A DNA stretch of 64,000 bases from Acidimicrobiia bacterium (GCA_041577335.1 JBFGJH010000009.1:5177-69176); one strand, 5' to 3'; positions 37,993-48,546 are shown, counted from the stretch's first letter. The notes: generated from the sequence alone by a model not told the origin. Program-made: numbers and translations.

Positions 37993-38640
37993 TCAGGGGG
38001 CGATGACTACTTCTACGTCGGTGTAGCCCAGGGCGGTGAGGAACTCGGTGAGAACGTTGATGGCCGAGTTCTCGGCGTCGGTGAGAAGCCCGTTCTCGAT
38101 GGTCTCAGTCACGATCACTTCTTCGGCGGCGAGGCGGGCCGAACGTTCGAGATTCGGGTCGCCCCGAGTGAAGAGGCCGGTGTCACGGTTGTACACATGG
38201 GTTGCCTCGTTGTCGACGGCCACGTAGGTGATTGCGGCAGGTGGGAGTTCGATGCGGATGGACCCGGCGACGAGATCGGCTTCCACGTCTCCCGATTGGA
38301 CTTTGCTGAGATCCACGCCTGCTCCAATCTCGGCGACCGCGAACATCGAGATCGAGTCGCCGGCTGCCCAATCGAGCCAGCCCCGGTCGGTGCCCTTTTC
38401 GACGGTCGTGTAGGCCACTGCCTGGACCGTGGTGAGCTCGGACAGATTGCGGATCGATTCGATGGCGACGGGACCGACCTTTTCGATCGGTGTCTCCGGA
38501 GTGATGTCGAGGTTCCCGATGGCGTTGGACGTCCGCCCCACGAAGAAGGCGAAGCCCAGCACGAGAATGAGCAGGATGACAATGGCCACCGTGGCACCGA
38601 CGATGGCCCACGGAGCGACTTGTTTGGGGCTCTCTGACAT
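37993..38640 (-). CDS. DUF4230-domain membrane-anchored protein
   Basis: One N-terminal TM, SELTT, AGVDLSKV, LPPA.I. Confidence 0.75.
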   Translation of the reverse strand: MSESPKQVAPWAIVGATVAIVILLILVLGFAFFVGRTSNAIGNLDITPETPIEKVGPVAIESIRNLSELTTVQAVAYTTVEKGTDRGWLDWAAGDSISMFAVAEIGAGVDLSKVQSGDVEADLVAGSIRIELPPAAITYVAVDNEATHVYNRDTGLFTRGDPNLERSARLAAEEVIVTETIENGLLTDAENSAINVLTEFLTALGYTDVEVVIAP

Positions 38641-38734
38641 CGCCGCACAGGGTAGTGGCGACCCGCACCAACCATGGCCAGGCCCCATGAGGACGGTCGG
38701 TCGACCATGAAGATGCCCTATCATCTCGGGGCCG

Positions 38735-39985
38735 ATGCACTACGACCTCACCACTCTCCCCAACGGCCTGCGCGTGATCACAGAAACGATGCCCGGCGTC
38801 CGTTCGGTGGCCGTGGGATGCTGGGTCGATACCGGGACTCGCGATGAGACGGTGAGCGAAGCCGGTGCTTCGCACTTTCTGGAGCACCTTTTGTTCAAAG
38901 GCACCGATGAGATTTCGGCGCGTGAGATCTCGGAGACATTCGATGCCATGGGGGCGCAGTCCAATGCGTTCACCAGCAAGGAGTACACATGCTTCTGGGG
39001 CCGCATGGTCGACGAGGACCTGCCAACGGGACTGACCCTGCTGTCTGAGATGTTGCAGCGACCCGCTTTTCGCCAGTCGGAAATCGACTCGGAGCGCCAT
39101 GTGGTGATCGAAGAGATCAACATGAACGAGGACGACCCGAACGACGTGGTGTTCGAGGCGTTTGCTCAGCGGGTGTTCGCCGGCCATCCGCTGGAGCGCC
39201 CGATCCTCGGCACTCGCGACTCGATTCTCGGTATGAGTCGCGACGACATCGTCGGCTACTGGGCGCGTCGCTATGGCGTTCATTCGACGGTGGTGGCCGT
39301 GGCAGGCAACATTGATCACGCTGACGCAGTCGGCATGGCCGCCGAGCGATTCGGAGACTGGGAAGGCGGGCCGGTCGATCACGAGTTCTTACCTCTCGAG
39401 CTGGCTCCGTCGGCCGTTGCCGTGACCCGCGACACCGAACAGGCCCACCTGCTGGTTGGCGGCAAAGGCATGAACCGAGACGACGACCGCCGCTGGGCGT
39501 TTGAGGTGATGAACCACATCATGGGCGGGGGAATGTCGTCGCGACTGTTCCGATCGATTCGTGAAGAGCGCGGCTTGGCCTATTCCGTATACAGCTTCGC
39601 CATGCCGGCCGCTGACACGGGAGCATGGGGCGTCTACGCCGGGACAACGCCGAACAACACCGATACGGTGATCGAGCTGATCCGCGAAGAATTCGAAGCC
39701 ATCATCAAAAAGGGTGTCGCCGAGGAGGAGCTCGATAGGGCGAAGGGGAATGTCCGAGGTTCCCTGGCCTTGAGCATCGAGGACGCCAATAGCAGGATGC
39801 TGCGACTGGGCCGCCAGGAGGTGACCGGTGGTGACCACTTGTCGGTTGGTGAGCGTATCGAAAAGATCCAAGAGGTCACCGGTGACGACGTGCGCCAGGT
39901 GGCCGACGAGATCCTGTCCGGGCCCAAGGTTCTCGCCGCGGTCGGCCCGTTCGATTCGTCCGACTTGGAGAGCTACCTCTCGTGA
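38735..39985 (+). CDS. M16 family zinc peptidase (PepR-like)
   Basis: HFLEH inverted zinc motif, NAFTSKE, GGGMSSRLF..IREERGLAYSV. Confidence 0.93.
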   Translation: MHYDLTTLPNGLRVITETMPGVRSVAVGCWVDTGTRDETVSEAGASHFLEHLLFKGTDEISAREISETFDAMGAQSNAFTSKEYTCFWGRMVDEDLPTGLTLLSEMLQRPAFRQSEIDSERHVVIEEINMNEDDPNDVVFEAFAQRVFAGHPLERPILGTRDSILGMSRDDIVGYWARRYGVHSTVVAVAGNIDHADAVGMAAERFGDWEGGPVDHEFLPLELAPSAVAVTRDTEQAHLLVGGKGMNRDDDRRWAFEVMNHIMGGGMSSRLFRSIREERGLAYSVYSFAMPAADTGAWGVYAGTTPNNTDTVIELIREEFEAIIKKGVAEEELDRAKGNVRGSLALSIEDANSRMLRLGRQEVTGGDHLSVGERIEKIQEVTGDDVRQVADEILSGPKVLAAVGPFDSSDLESYLS

Positions 39986-40710
39986 TCCGCGTCGGAATCT
40001 CTGGTGGCTACGGCCGCATGGGATCCATGATCGCCGGCGCCGTCGACGCCGAGCCCGATCTCGAGGTGGGCGGGCGCTACGACCCCAAACATGGCGACCA
40101 TGACGCGCTCGCTGCATGCTCGGTCGTCGTCGAGGTCACCCGCCCCGACGTGGTGATGGACAACCTCGCCGAATGGAGGCGTATGGGTGTTCACACCGTT
40201 GTGGGTACGTCCGGCTTCGACGCTGCGCGCCTCGAACGCGTTGCGGAGTTATGGGAGGGAGCCGATTCGAACTGTCTCATCGTTCCCAACTTCTCCATAG
40301 GAGCGGTGCTGCTGATGCGCTTTGCCGAGCTTGCCGCACCACATTTCCCCATGGCTGAGGTCATCGAATATCACCACGCCGACAAACCTGACGCCCCGTC
40401 GGGAACGGCGTTGGCTACCGCCCGCCGGATTGCCGATGCCCGGTCGAGCGCGGCCACATCGCCTTCTCGGGAGCTCGTGGCGGGGGCACTGGGAGCTGAT
40501 GTTCACGGAGTGAGAGTCCACTCGGTGCGGATGGCCGGGTTGCTCGCCGATCAGGACGTCATCTTCGGCGAGCCCGGTCAGACGCTGGCGCTTCGTCATC
40601 ACACCCACACGCTGCAGGCGTTTGCGCCCGGCGTGCTCGTGGCAATCCGTGGCATCGGAGACCTCGCCGACCGGCTCACGATCGGTCTCGAGCCGCTTCT
40701 GGGGATCTAG
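39982..40710 (+). CDS. dapB: 4-hydroxy-tetrahydrodipicolinate reductase
   Basis: GRMG, VVGTSG, PNFSIG, EYHHADKPDAPSGTA. Confidence 0.95.
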   Translation: MIRVGISGGYGRMGSMIAGAVDAEPDLEVGGRYDPKHGDHDALAACSVVVEVTRPDVVMDNLAEWRRMGVHTVVGTSGFDAARLERVAELWEGADSNCLIVPNFSIGAVLLMRFAELAAPHFPMAEVIEYHHADKPDAPSGTALATARRIADARSSAATSPSRELVAGALGADVHGVRVHSVRMAGLLADQDVIFGEPGQTLALRHHTHTLQAFAPGVLVAIRGIGDLADRLTIGLEPLLGI

Positions 40711-40738
40711 ACGGCCGACCGAACCCGCCGGGATCCGA

Positions 40739-41641
40739 TCACGGTGCCCATATGTCGATGTTCATGCCGACCACCTTGTTGGTCGATCCGTCCACGAAGA
40801 CGTACCAGGTGGTCCAGTCGAGGCCGTCGAACTCTGGATCGTCGCCCGGGTCGTGCACCGCCACATACCCGAAGTTCGTGAAGATGTCGGGGATGGCGTG
40901 TTCGGGCACTGTCCCGTTGGGTGCGGAAATCGGCTCGTTGTACGACAGCATTACGTCGTCGTCGGCCCAGACGTCGAGGAAATCATCGGCCACGGCATCG
41001 GCAAAAGTGGCTTCGTTGGGGCACTCGTCGGGGGAGCATGCCGGAGAACCCCACGGGTAGAGCGTCTCGTCGTCCATGACTACCGCCAGATCCAGGCCGG
41101 CGAAGCGCTTTGGCTGGTCGAACGAGATGACGAACAGTCCGCGGTCGTCGACAACCGGCCGCAAGTCCCCACCGGTTGCCAGGGCAGCCGCGAAGTCGGA
41201 TACGGCTTCTTCAATGGTGTCATCGTCGGGACGAGGCCCCGTCAGGAAAAAGCTGTTGACCCAGCCCTCGGGGGAGGTGATCCTCTTCCAAAGTCCGCTG
41301 TTGGTCCCTTGTTCTTCACCCGTGAGCGCCACTCCCGTTGCGTCAAAGGCCAGGGTGCTCACGATGTCCGACTGCGGATCGGGGTCACCACGCACATTCA
41401 GGACGTCATCGGAGGTCACCAGCACAACGGAGGCCGGCTCGGGGGCGAGGACCGTGGGAGGGGTCTGCGGTTGAGTTGTCGGAGCGGGAGGTGCGGTCGA
41501 CGTGGGGGATGGGACGGTGCTGGGCTCCACCGTGGTCGTCGTGGCCTGCGGGGCGCTGGTTGAGCCGCCACATGCTCCGAGGAATACGACCAGAGCTGCA
41601 CTTGCGGCCATCACGAAGCACGAGCCAGTCCACTTGTTCAT
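40739..41641 (-). CDS. Lipoprotein with bacterial SH3-like domain
   Basis: Lipobox LGAC, P/T-rich linker, DVLNVR...W....EGWVNS.FL. Confidence 0.65.
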   Translation of the reverse strand: MNKWTGSCFVMAASAALVVFLGACGGSTSAPQATTTTVEPSTVPSPTSTAPPAPTTQPQTPPTVLAPEPASVVLVTSDDVLNVRGDPDPQSDIVSTLAFDATGVALTGEEQGTNSGLWKRITSPEGWVNSFFLTGPRPDDDTIEEAVSDFAAALATGGDLRPVVDDRGLFVISFDQPKRFAGLDLAVVMDDETLYPWGSPACSPDECPNEATFADAVADDFLDVWADDDVMLSYNEPISAPNGTVPEHAIPDIFTNFGYVAVHDPGDDPEFDGLDWTTWYVFVDGSTNKVVGMNIDIWAP

Positions 41642-41675
41642 ATTTCTCTGACGCTTCTCACCCGGGATTGGTTTC

Positions 41676-42044
41676 CTAACCGAAATTGGTCGACGGTTCG
41701 ACGAGCAATCCCATCGCCCATCCGTACACCAGAGCTATCACCATGACGGCGGCGATCGTCCTCCACCAGGCGGGACCGGGTGCTCGGCGTCCGGGCCACG
41801 CCGAAACCGCAATCCATACGATGGCGTCCACTGGCCAGGCGACGACGAATTCCCCTCCCAGCACGGTGAAAACCGCCGACACCGGCAATCCGGCGAACAG
41901 GAGACCAAAGCTGGTGAGCCGGTAGCCCACAACACCCGCGGTGATCGAGAAGAGCGCCAGGATGAAGAAGGCAAAGGCAGTCGACCTGACGTCGAGACCG
42001 TCGTCAAGGTCCGTCGATGATGACTGATTCGATGATGATGTCAT
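41676..42044 (-). CDS. Small hypothetical membrane protein
   Basis: Several hydrophobic segments; start uncertain, overlaps upstream gene. Confidence 0.4.
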   Translation of the reverse strand: MTSSSNQSSSTDLDDGLDVRSTAFAFFILALFSITAGVVGYRLTSFGLLFAGLPVSAVFTVLGGEFVVAWPVDAIVWIAVSAWPGRRAPGPAWWRTIAAVMVIALVYGWAMGLLVEPSTNFG

Positions 42045-42684
42045 TGATGGGCCGGTCCGCGGCCGTCTCGGCTGCCGCGATCGCATCGACCACGTCGAGA
42101 CCTTCGATTACTTCGCCGAAGATGTTGTATTGATAGGGAAGGCCGGCGTCTTCGAGCACGATGAAGAACTGCGATCCATTGGTGTTGGCTCCGGCGTTGG
42201 CCATCGCGACGATGCCGCGTGCATACGGTTGCGGGTCGTTGAGCTCGTCGGCGAAGCTGTAGCCGGGCCCACCCCGGCCGGTCCCGGTCGGATCCCCGCC
42301 TTGAATGACAAAGCCGGGCACGACCCGATGGAATATGACGCCGTCGTAGAAGCCTTCTCTCGCCAAGAAGACGAAGTTGTTGACCGTCTGCGGGGCCGAA
42401 TCGGGGAACAGCTCGAGCGTGATGGCGCCCAGGTTCGTGCTGATCGTGGCTGTGTATGCGGCAGTGGCGTCGATGACCATCTCGGGCGGCGCAGTCCATT
42501 GCAGCGTCTCTGCGATCTCCTCGGGCTGGGTTTCGGCGGGGATTTCGGTCGAAACGACCGTCGTCGTGACCGCCGCCGATGGTGCCGGCGCCTCCGTGGC
42601 GGGCGCGGCGGCGTCGCTGGCATCCGATCCACACGCCGCAGCAACCAACACGAGGGCGCCCATGGCTGCGATGGAGCGGCGCAT
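42004..42684 (-). CDS. Cyclophilin-type peptidyl-prolyl isomerase, lipoprotein
   Basis: Lipobox AAAC; FHRVVPGFVIQGGDP, MANAG..TNGSQFFI. Confidence 0.92.
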   Translation of the reverse strand: MRRSIAAMGALVLVAAACGSDASDAAAPATEAPAPSAAVTTTVVSTEIPAETQPEEIAETLQWTAPPEMVIDATAAYTATISTNLGAITLELFPDSAPQTVNNFVFLAREGFYDGVIFHRVVPGFVIQGGDPTGTGRGGPGYSFADELNDPQPYARGIVAMANAGANTNGSQFFIVLEDAGLPYQYNIFGEVIEGLDVVDAIAAAETAADRPINDIIIESVIIDGP

Positions 42685-42686
42685 GC

Positions 42687-43196
42687 TCACGATTCGGTGA
42701 TCTCGATGGTCCGGATCACACAATCTTTGAGCGGCTTGTCGGCCGGCCCGGTGGGCTGATCGGCGATGGCGTCGACGGTGTCGAGGCCCTCCGTCACGTT
42801 CCCGAAGATCGTGTAGGCATGGGGGAGTCCCACATCTGCATGACAGATGAAGAACTGTGACCCGTTCGTGTTGGGACCTGCATTGGCCATCGCCAAGGTC
42901 CCCCTGCGATAGGTGCCGGCACCGTCGAGCTCGTCACGGAATTGGTAGCCGGGTCCTCCCCGGCCGGTGCCGGTCGGGTCGCCGCCCTGGATCATGAATC
43001 CGTTGATGACTCGGTGAAAGATGACGCCGTCGTAGAAACCGTCCCGGGCGAGGAATACGAAGTTGTTCACGGCGAGAGGGGAGTTGTAGATATCGAGATC
43101 CAGCGAGATATCGCCGTGGTTGGTTCGGATGACTGCGGAGTAGCTCTTGTCGAGGTCGATCAGGAGCTCCGGCGGCCCGGCGTAACGTTGCGGCAT
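42687..43196 (-). CDS. Cyclophilin-type peptidyl-prolyl isomerase, cytoplasmic
   Basis: FHRVINGFMIQGGDP, MANAGPNTNGSQFFI, no signal peptide. Confidence 0.93.
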   Translation of the reverse strand: MPQRYAGPPELLIDLDKSYSAVIRTNHGDISLDLDIYNSPLAVNNFVFLARDGFYDGVIFHRVINGFMIQGGDPTGTGRGGPGYQFRDELDGAGTYRRGTLAMANAGPNTNGSQFFICHADVGLPHAYTIFGNVTEGLDTVDAIADQPTGPADKPLKDCVIRTIEITES

Positions 43197-43332
43197 AGGT
43201 CAGATCCCCTTACTCGGCGTTCGTTGGAGGTGACAGGATAACGGGCCGAGGTGGCTTTCCTGCCACCGGAAACGCGGCAAACGCCCATTCGCGCACAGGG
43301 GCGCTCCTATGCTGCGCGCCGGAAAGGAAACC

Positions 43333-44661
43333 ATGGCCGGCCTTTGGAACCGAGCGCTGCGCATTGCCGACGACACGCCTGATTCGCGGAACCGGCTGAT
43401 CGATTTCCTGCGGGTGTTTTCCATCGTCATCGTGGTCTTCGGGCATTGGCTTGCCGCCGTGCTGTTCGTCAGCGACGGTCAGTTGCAGATCAGCCACGCT
43501 CTGGAGCTCTCCAGGGGCATCCACTACCTCACCTGGGCGCTGCAGATCATGCCGATCTTCTTTCTCGTCGGCGGCTACTCGAACGGCAAGTCACTGGCAG
43601 CGGCGCAGCGCAAGGGCACCGCCCGCCGGGTGTGGCTGGCGTCGCGCTACCACCGGCTCATGACGCCCATCGTCCCGTTCCTCATCGGCTGGAGCATTCT
43701 CGTTCCCGTTCTGGGGGCGTTCGTCGAGCCCGACCTGTTGAAGCTCGCGTCCCAGGTGGCAGCCGTGCCGCTCTGGTTCCTTGCCGTCTACCTGTTGGCT
43801 GTCGGCGGGGCACCATGGACGTTCGCCGCGTGGCAGCGCTGGCGCTGGGCCACGGTCCTGGTGCCCATAGGCATCGCCATCATCAACGATGTTCTGCGAT
43901 TCCAGGGTGGGCCCGCCGGGTTGCTCGCCTGGTCCAACTACCTGTTCATATGGATGACGATCCACCAGCTCGGCTACTACTGGGCTGAGCGAGACGCGCT
44001 GCTGCCGGTTCCGTTGGCAGCAGCGCTCGCCGGAGCGGGCCTGGCTGGGTTGGTGGCGTTCACCACATTTGGTCCATACCCCGTGGCACTCATTGGTGTG
44101 CCGGGCGAGCCGTTCTCCAACACAACGCCGCCAACCATCGTCCTGTTCGCTCAGACTCTGCTCCAAATCGGCCTCATTTCCCTGCTCGGACCCGCAGTCA
44201 GACGGCTCCTCGAACGGCGGGCGGTATGGGCGGCCATCGTCCTCGTGAGCGGCATGATCATGTCGCTCTTCGTGTGGCACATGACCGCCATGGTGCTCAC
44301 CATCGGTATTGCTGTTCTTGCCGGTAACGCCGGGTTCGGTCTGGAGCCGCTCACGGCCGCGTGGTGGCTGTCGCGGCCGCTGTGGTTCTTGGCGATCGGG
44401 GTCGTGCTCGTGCCTTTCGTTGTGGTCTTCGGCCGCTACGAGCAACGAGCCCAGTCGGAAGAGGTCGCCCCGAAGCCATTGGCTCTGGGGATATCGATCA
44501 TCGTGTCAGCCGGCGGGTTGGCAGCCAGTGCCGCATTCGGCATGGCCCGTGTCGACGAGTTTCCATTGCGATGGTGGGTTCCTCTCCTCGTCATCGTGGG
44601 CACCTTCCTAGCCGGCATGTTCACCTTCAGCCGATCGAATCAGGATTCGATAGGAGTCTGA
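43333..44661 (+). CDS. Acyltransferase family 3 membrane protein
   Basis: R...IDFLR...VVFGHW, MPIFFLVGG, LWFL..Y; polytopic; RBS GGAAAGGA. Confidence 0.85.
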   Translation: MAGLWNRALRIADDTPDSRNRLIDFLRVFSIVIVVFGHWLAAVLFVSDGQLQISHALELSRGIHYLTWALQIMPIFFLVGGYSNGKSLAAAQRKGTARRVWLASRYHRLMTPIVPFLIGWSILVPVLGAFVEPDLLKLASQVAAVPLWFLAVYLLAVGGAPWTFAAWQRWRWATVLVPIGIAIINDVLRFQGGPAGLLAWSNYLFIWMTIHQLGYYWAERDALLPVPLAAALAGAGLAGLVAFTTFGPYPVALIGVPGEPFSNTTPPTIVLFAQTLLQIGLISLLGPAVRRLLERRAVWAAIVLVSGMIMSLFVWHMTAMVLTIGIAVLAGNAGFGLEPLTAAWWLSRPLWFLAIGVVLVPFVVVFGRYEQRAQSEEVAPKPLALGISIIVSAGGLAASAAFGMARVDEFPLRWWVPLLVIVGTFLAGMFTFSRSNQDSIGV

Positions 44662-44716
44662 TTGAGCCAAAGGGCCGCACCATCAACTCGCTCCGGGCTT
44701 GCCCGGAGCGAAAGCC

Positions 44717-45547
44717 TCAGTAGAGGGCGTTGGCGAGGCGGCGGCGGTACTCGGTGGCGGCCGGGTGGGCGGGGCCGAGGGCGTCGAAGACGGAGATCAT
44801 GGCCAAGCGGGCGTCGTCTCGGCTGTCGCCTCCCGCGTAGACGATGTCGAGGAGGCGTTCGAGCCCTTCTTCGTGTTTGCCGCCTCCTGCCAGCGAAACC
44901 GCGTACCGAATCTGGAGCCCGACATCGTCGGGGTTGGTTTCGAGCTGGGCTGCCAAGCTGTCGGCCTCGCCGGCGGTCATCGCCATGGCAGCAATCGAGC
45001 GCAGCTGGTCGGCTTCTGGCGAGCCCTCGACGCCCTCGAGGACCTCGATGGCATCGGCCATCCGGTTCTGATCGATGTACAGAGTGGCCAAAGTGAGCGC
45101 GGTCTCAGCGTCGGGCGTCTCGGCGAGGAGCGCTCGAAGCGCCTGCTCGGCGCCGGCTTCGTCGCCTCGATCGAGCATTTGCATTGCCAGTTCGAGGCCG
45201 TCGCTCATGGCGGGCCTGGCGAATCCGGAGAGCCACTCGCGAACCTGCGGCTCGGGGAGAGCCCCCTGGAAACTGTCGACCGGCTGGCCGCCGGAGAAGG
45301 CGACAACGGCGGGAATGCCCTGTACGCCCATTTGCTGAGCAAGTTCCTGGTTGGCGTCGACGTCGATCTTGGCAAGCTCGAAGGCACCGTTGTACTCGTC
45401 GGCGAGCTTCTCCAGCACGGGAGAAAGCTGCTTGCACGGTCCGCACCACTCGGCCCAGAAGTCCACGACCACGGGCACGGTCTTCGACCGTTCAATGATC
45501 GCGGTGTTGAAATCGGCTTGGTCGACGTCGGAAACATAGGCGCTCAT
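44717..45547 (-). CDS. Thioredoxin-TPR chaperedoxin (YbbN/CnoX-like)
   Basis: VDFWAEWCGPC plus C-terminal TPRs ending YRRRLANALY. Confidence 0.9.
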   Translation of the reverse strand: MSAYVSDVDQADFNTAIIERSKTVPVVVDFWAEWCGPCKQLSPVLEKLADEYNGAFELAKIDVDANQELAQQMGVQGIPAVVAFSGGQPVDSFQGALPEPQVREWLSGFARPAMSDGLELAMQMLDRGDEAGAEQALRALLAETPDAETALTLATLYIDQNRMADAIEVLEGVEGSPEADQLRSIAAMAMTAGEADSLAAQLETNPDDVGLQIRYAVSLAGGGKHEEGLERLLDIVYAGGDSRDDARLAMISVFDALGPAHPAATEYRRRLANALY

Positions 45548-45649
45548 AGCCGTCAGGTTACTGCGGTCCCATGGCTTCGCTCGCTTCCACCGGACCGGCC
45601 CGCCAGAGCACTATCGTGGGGGTGTGTTCTACGAGGAGACACCGATCAA

Positions 45650-46531
45650 ATGAGTGGCTTCGGTTCCATCGTCACCGCGATGATGACTCCATTCGACACA
45701 ACCGGCGAGGTCGACTTCGCTCAGACCGACCGGTTGGCCCGGTTCCTTGTGGCCAGCGGAAGCGACAGCATCCTCGTCACCGGGACTACGGGCGAATCTC
45801 CAACCTTGTCGAAGGCGGAGAAGAAAGCGCTCTACAAGACGGTGGTCGACGCGGTTGGAGGCAAGGCTTGGGTGGTCGCCGGCACGGGATCCTACGATAC
45901 GGCCGCGTCCGTGGAACTCAGCAAGGAGGCCGCCGATCTCGGTGTTGACGCACTGTTGGCGGTGACGCCCTACTACAACAAGCCGTCGCAGCGGATGCTG
46001 GTAGCCCATTTCTCGGCGATCGCAGACTCCACCGACCTGCCGGTCATGCTGTACAACATCCCGTCTCGTACCAGCAGGCTCATCGAAATCGAAACACTGG
46101 TGGCCCTGGCCGGCCATCCCCGCATCGGCGCCGTCAAAGACGCCGTCGAGTCGGTCGGCCATACCATGCGCGCTCGCCAGCTCCTCCCGGCCGACTTTCC
46201 CATCTACTCGGGCTCAGACTTCATGACGCTGCCGATGATGGCAGTTGGCGCCGCCGGCGTCGTCTCGGTGGCTTCGCATCTGGTCGGCCCTCAGATTCGC
46301 CGGATGGTCGACGCCGTGCTGGCCGGGGATATGGGAGAGGCCCGTCGACTGCACTTTGGTCTGCTGCCGGCATTCGATGCATGCTTCCTCGAGCCCAACC
46401 CGACACCGCTCAAAGGAGCCATGCACGAGCTGTGGGAGCCCATGGGGCCCCCCCGGCTGCCGCTCATGGCAGCGAATGAGGAGACGGTCCGAGCAGTGGT
46501 CGAAGCGGTCGGGAAGGCGCAAAGCCTGTGA
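45650..46531 (+). CDS. dapA: 4-hydroxy-tetrahydrodipicolinate synthase
   Basis: TAMMTPF, GTTGES, PYYNKPSQ, YNIPSRT, VKDA; RBS GAGGAG. Confidence 0.93.
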   Translation: MSGFGSIVTAMMTPFDTTGEVDFAQTDRLARFLVASGSDSILVTGTTGESPTLSKAEKKALYKTVVDAVGGKAWVVAGTGSYDTAASVELSKEAADLGVDALLAVTPYYNKPSQRMLVAHFSAIADSTDLPVMLYNIPSRTSRLIEIETLVALAGHPRIGAVKDAVESVGHTMRARQLLPADFPIYSGSDFMTLPMMAVGAAGVVSVASHLVGPQIRRMVDAVLAGDMGEARRLHFGLLPAFDACFLEPNPTPLKGAMHELWEPMGPPRLPLMAANEETVRAVVEAVGKAQSL

Positions 46532-46541
46532 GGCCGGCCTC

Positions 46542-48179
46542 GTGAGCGTCACTGTCACCTTCATGGGCGGTTTGGGCGAGATCGGCCGCAACAGCGCTGT
46601 CATCGAAATCGACGGGAAGCTCGCGCTCATCGACTGCGGGCTCATGTTCCCCGAGGCCGACATGCTGGGTGTCGACCTCGTGTTTCCCAACTGGGAATGG
46701 CTGAGCGACCGACGCGAGGATCTTGAGTGCGTGATCGTGACCCATGGTCACGAAGACCACGTCGGGGCGCTGGCCTACTTCCTTCGTGAGTTCCAGGTGC
46801 CCGTCTACGGCACCGACCTCTCGGTTGCCCTCGCCCGTGGCCGCGTCGACGAGCTTGGCGTGGAGGCCACATTTGTCGGCTGTGCCGACAACGAGTGGGT
46901 CGATCATGGACCGTTCGGTTTCATGTTCATCCCGGTGTCGCATTCGATCCCCCAGGGCGCCGGCCTCGCATTCGATACGCCTGAGGGCTACGTCATCCAC
47001 TCCGGCGATTTCAAACTCGACCCCACGCCGGTTGATGGCCGTGCCACCGATCTTCCCCAATTCGCGTGGTTCGGCCGCCAGGGGGTGCGGTTGCTGATGG
47101 CCGATTCCACCAACGCCGAAGTTCCCGGTTTCGTCCCGTCCGAGCGGTCACTCGCCAAAGAGATCGATTCCATCGTGGGCCATGCCGGCGGACGCGTGAT
47201 CGCCGCTTGCTTTGCATCGCATATCCATCGCGTCCAGCAGATCGCAGATGCGGGCGTGGCGGCGGGGCGCAAGGTGGCCTTCCAGGGACGGTCGATGTTC
47301 CGGGTGTCTGGTGTCGGATCCGACCTTGGGGTACTCGACATCGACGAGAACGCAGTCATGGACATCGAAGACCTCATGAAGCTTCCCCCCGAACAGCAGC
47401 TCATAGTGACCACAGGCAGCCAGGGAGAGCCGTTCGCCGCGCTGTCGCTCATCGCGTCAGGCAGGCACAAATACGTCGATCTCGCCGAGACCGACACGGT
47501 GTTGATTTCGGCCACGCCCATTCCTGGGAACGAAACTGCCGTCTCCCGTGTGATATCCAAGCTGCACCGCAGCGGCGCGCGGGTGTACCACGGTCGCAAT
47601 GCAACCGTCCACGTCTCCGGCCATGCTGCCCAGGACGAGCTGAAGACCTTCATCAACGTCATTCGTCCTCATGCCTTCGTGCCGGTCCACGGGGAATACC
47701 GACATCTGCGGGCGCACGGTGACCTTGCTCGTGAGATGGCGGTGCCCGAGGTGCATGTTCTCGAAGACGGCGATGCCATCGAGCTCAAAGGTGACAAGAC
47801 GGTGGTCCACCGCCGGGTGGTCGACGCTTCGTATGTCTACTTCGACGGGTCTGAGATCGGGGACATCAAAAACTCGATCCTGCGGGATCGTTCCCACCTG
47901 GCGGACGACGGAGTCGTCGTCGTTACGGTCGGCGTTGAGCTTTCCACCTGCAACGTCATCCTCGGGCCGGACATCGACAGTCATGGTTTCGCCGACGATC
48001 CCCAGCCGATCCTCAGGAAAGCCGCCGATGCCGTCCGAGCGGCCGTCACCGAGATGGATAGGGGATCAAAGGCCGACATCCAACAGATCCAGAGGGCCGT
48101 GCGCCAAGCCACCCAACGCATCATCAGGTCGGAGACGTCGCGAAAGCCCGTCGTGATTCCCGTCGTCCTGGAAATGTGA
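46542..48179 (+). CDS. rnj: Ribonuclease J
   Basis: GGLGEIGRN, THGHEDHVG, GDFK, DSTNA, TGSQGEP, HVSGH, PVHGE. Confidence 0.95.
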   Translation: MSVTVTFMGGLGEIGRNSAVIEIDGKLALIDCGLMFPEADMLGVDLVFPNWEWLSDRREDLECVIVTHGHEDHVGALAYFLREFQVPVYGTDLSVALARGRVDELGVEATFVGCADNEWVDHGPFGFMFIPVSHSIPQGAGLAFDTPEGYVIHSGDFKLDPTPVDGRATDLPQFAWFGRQGVRLLMADSTNAEVPGFVPSERSLAKEIDSIVGHAGGRVIAACFASHIHRVQQIADAGVAAGRKVAFQGRSMFRVSGVGSDLGVLDIDENAVMDIEDLMKLPPEQQLIVTTGSQGEPFAALSLIASGRHKYVDLAETDTVLISATPIPGNETAVSRVISKLHRSGARVYHGRNATVHVSGHAAQDELKTFINVIRPHAFVPVHGEYRHLRAHGDLAREMAVPEVHVLEDGDAIELKGDKTVVHRRVVDASYVYFDGSEIGDIKNSILRDRSHLADDGVVVVTVGVELSTCNVILGPDIDSHGFADDPQPILRKAADAVRAAVTEMDRGSKADIQQIQRAVRQATQRIIRSETSRKPVVIPVVLEM

Positions 48180-48192
48180 GGCCACGCCGCCG

Positions 48193-48546
48193 ATGGACGA
48201 TTCCAACGCCCCCGACAACGCCGGCGAAAACGCTGATCGCCGGTGGCACTGGGCATACCTCATCCCGATGATGGCGCTGCTCATACCCATCCTCGCTGTC
48301 ACCGAAGCCCAGCTGGGCGATATCGTGCCCGTGCTCGTGACGCTGGCAGTCATCGGCGGCCTGTGGGCTGCCGGGCGCAACTTGCTCGGTTACCGTCACG
48401 AGCTGCGGATGAAGGAACTCGAAGTCGAGCGAGATGTGGCGGCCCTCGAGGCCGAGCGCCTCAAGGAAGCCCAGAAGGTCCTCGATCTCGACGATCGAAT
48501 TGCCGAGCTCAAACAGACGGACCGAGAACCGCCAACGCCCGCCTAG
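48193..48546 (+). CDS. Hypothetical membrane protein with coiled-coil tail
   Basis: Two hydrophobic segments then charged helix. Confidence 0.55.
   Translation: MDDSNAPDNAGENADRRWHWAYLIPMMALLIPILAVTEAQLGDIVPVLVTLAVIGGLWAAGRNLLGYRHELRMKELEVERDVAALEAERLKEAQKVLDLDDRIAELKQTDREPPTPA

Noticed and set aside
40731-40740. Half-site GGATCCGATC as a third palindrome copy
   Set aside because: Only one arm; GATC/CGATCG words are common throughout the window.
44699-46531. 610-aa ORF as a DapA fusion
   Set aside because: The N-terminal half is the antisense shadow of the Trx-TPR gene; RBS and homology place the start at 45650.
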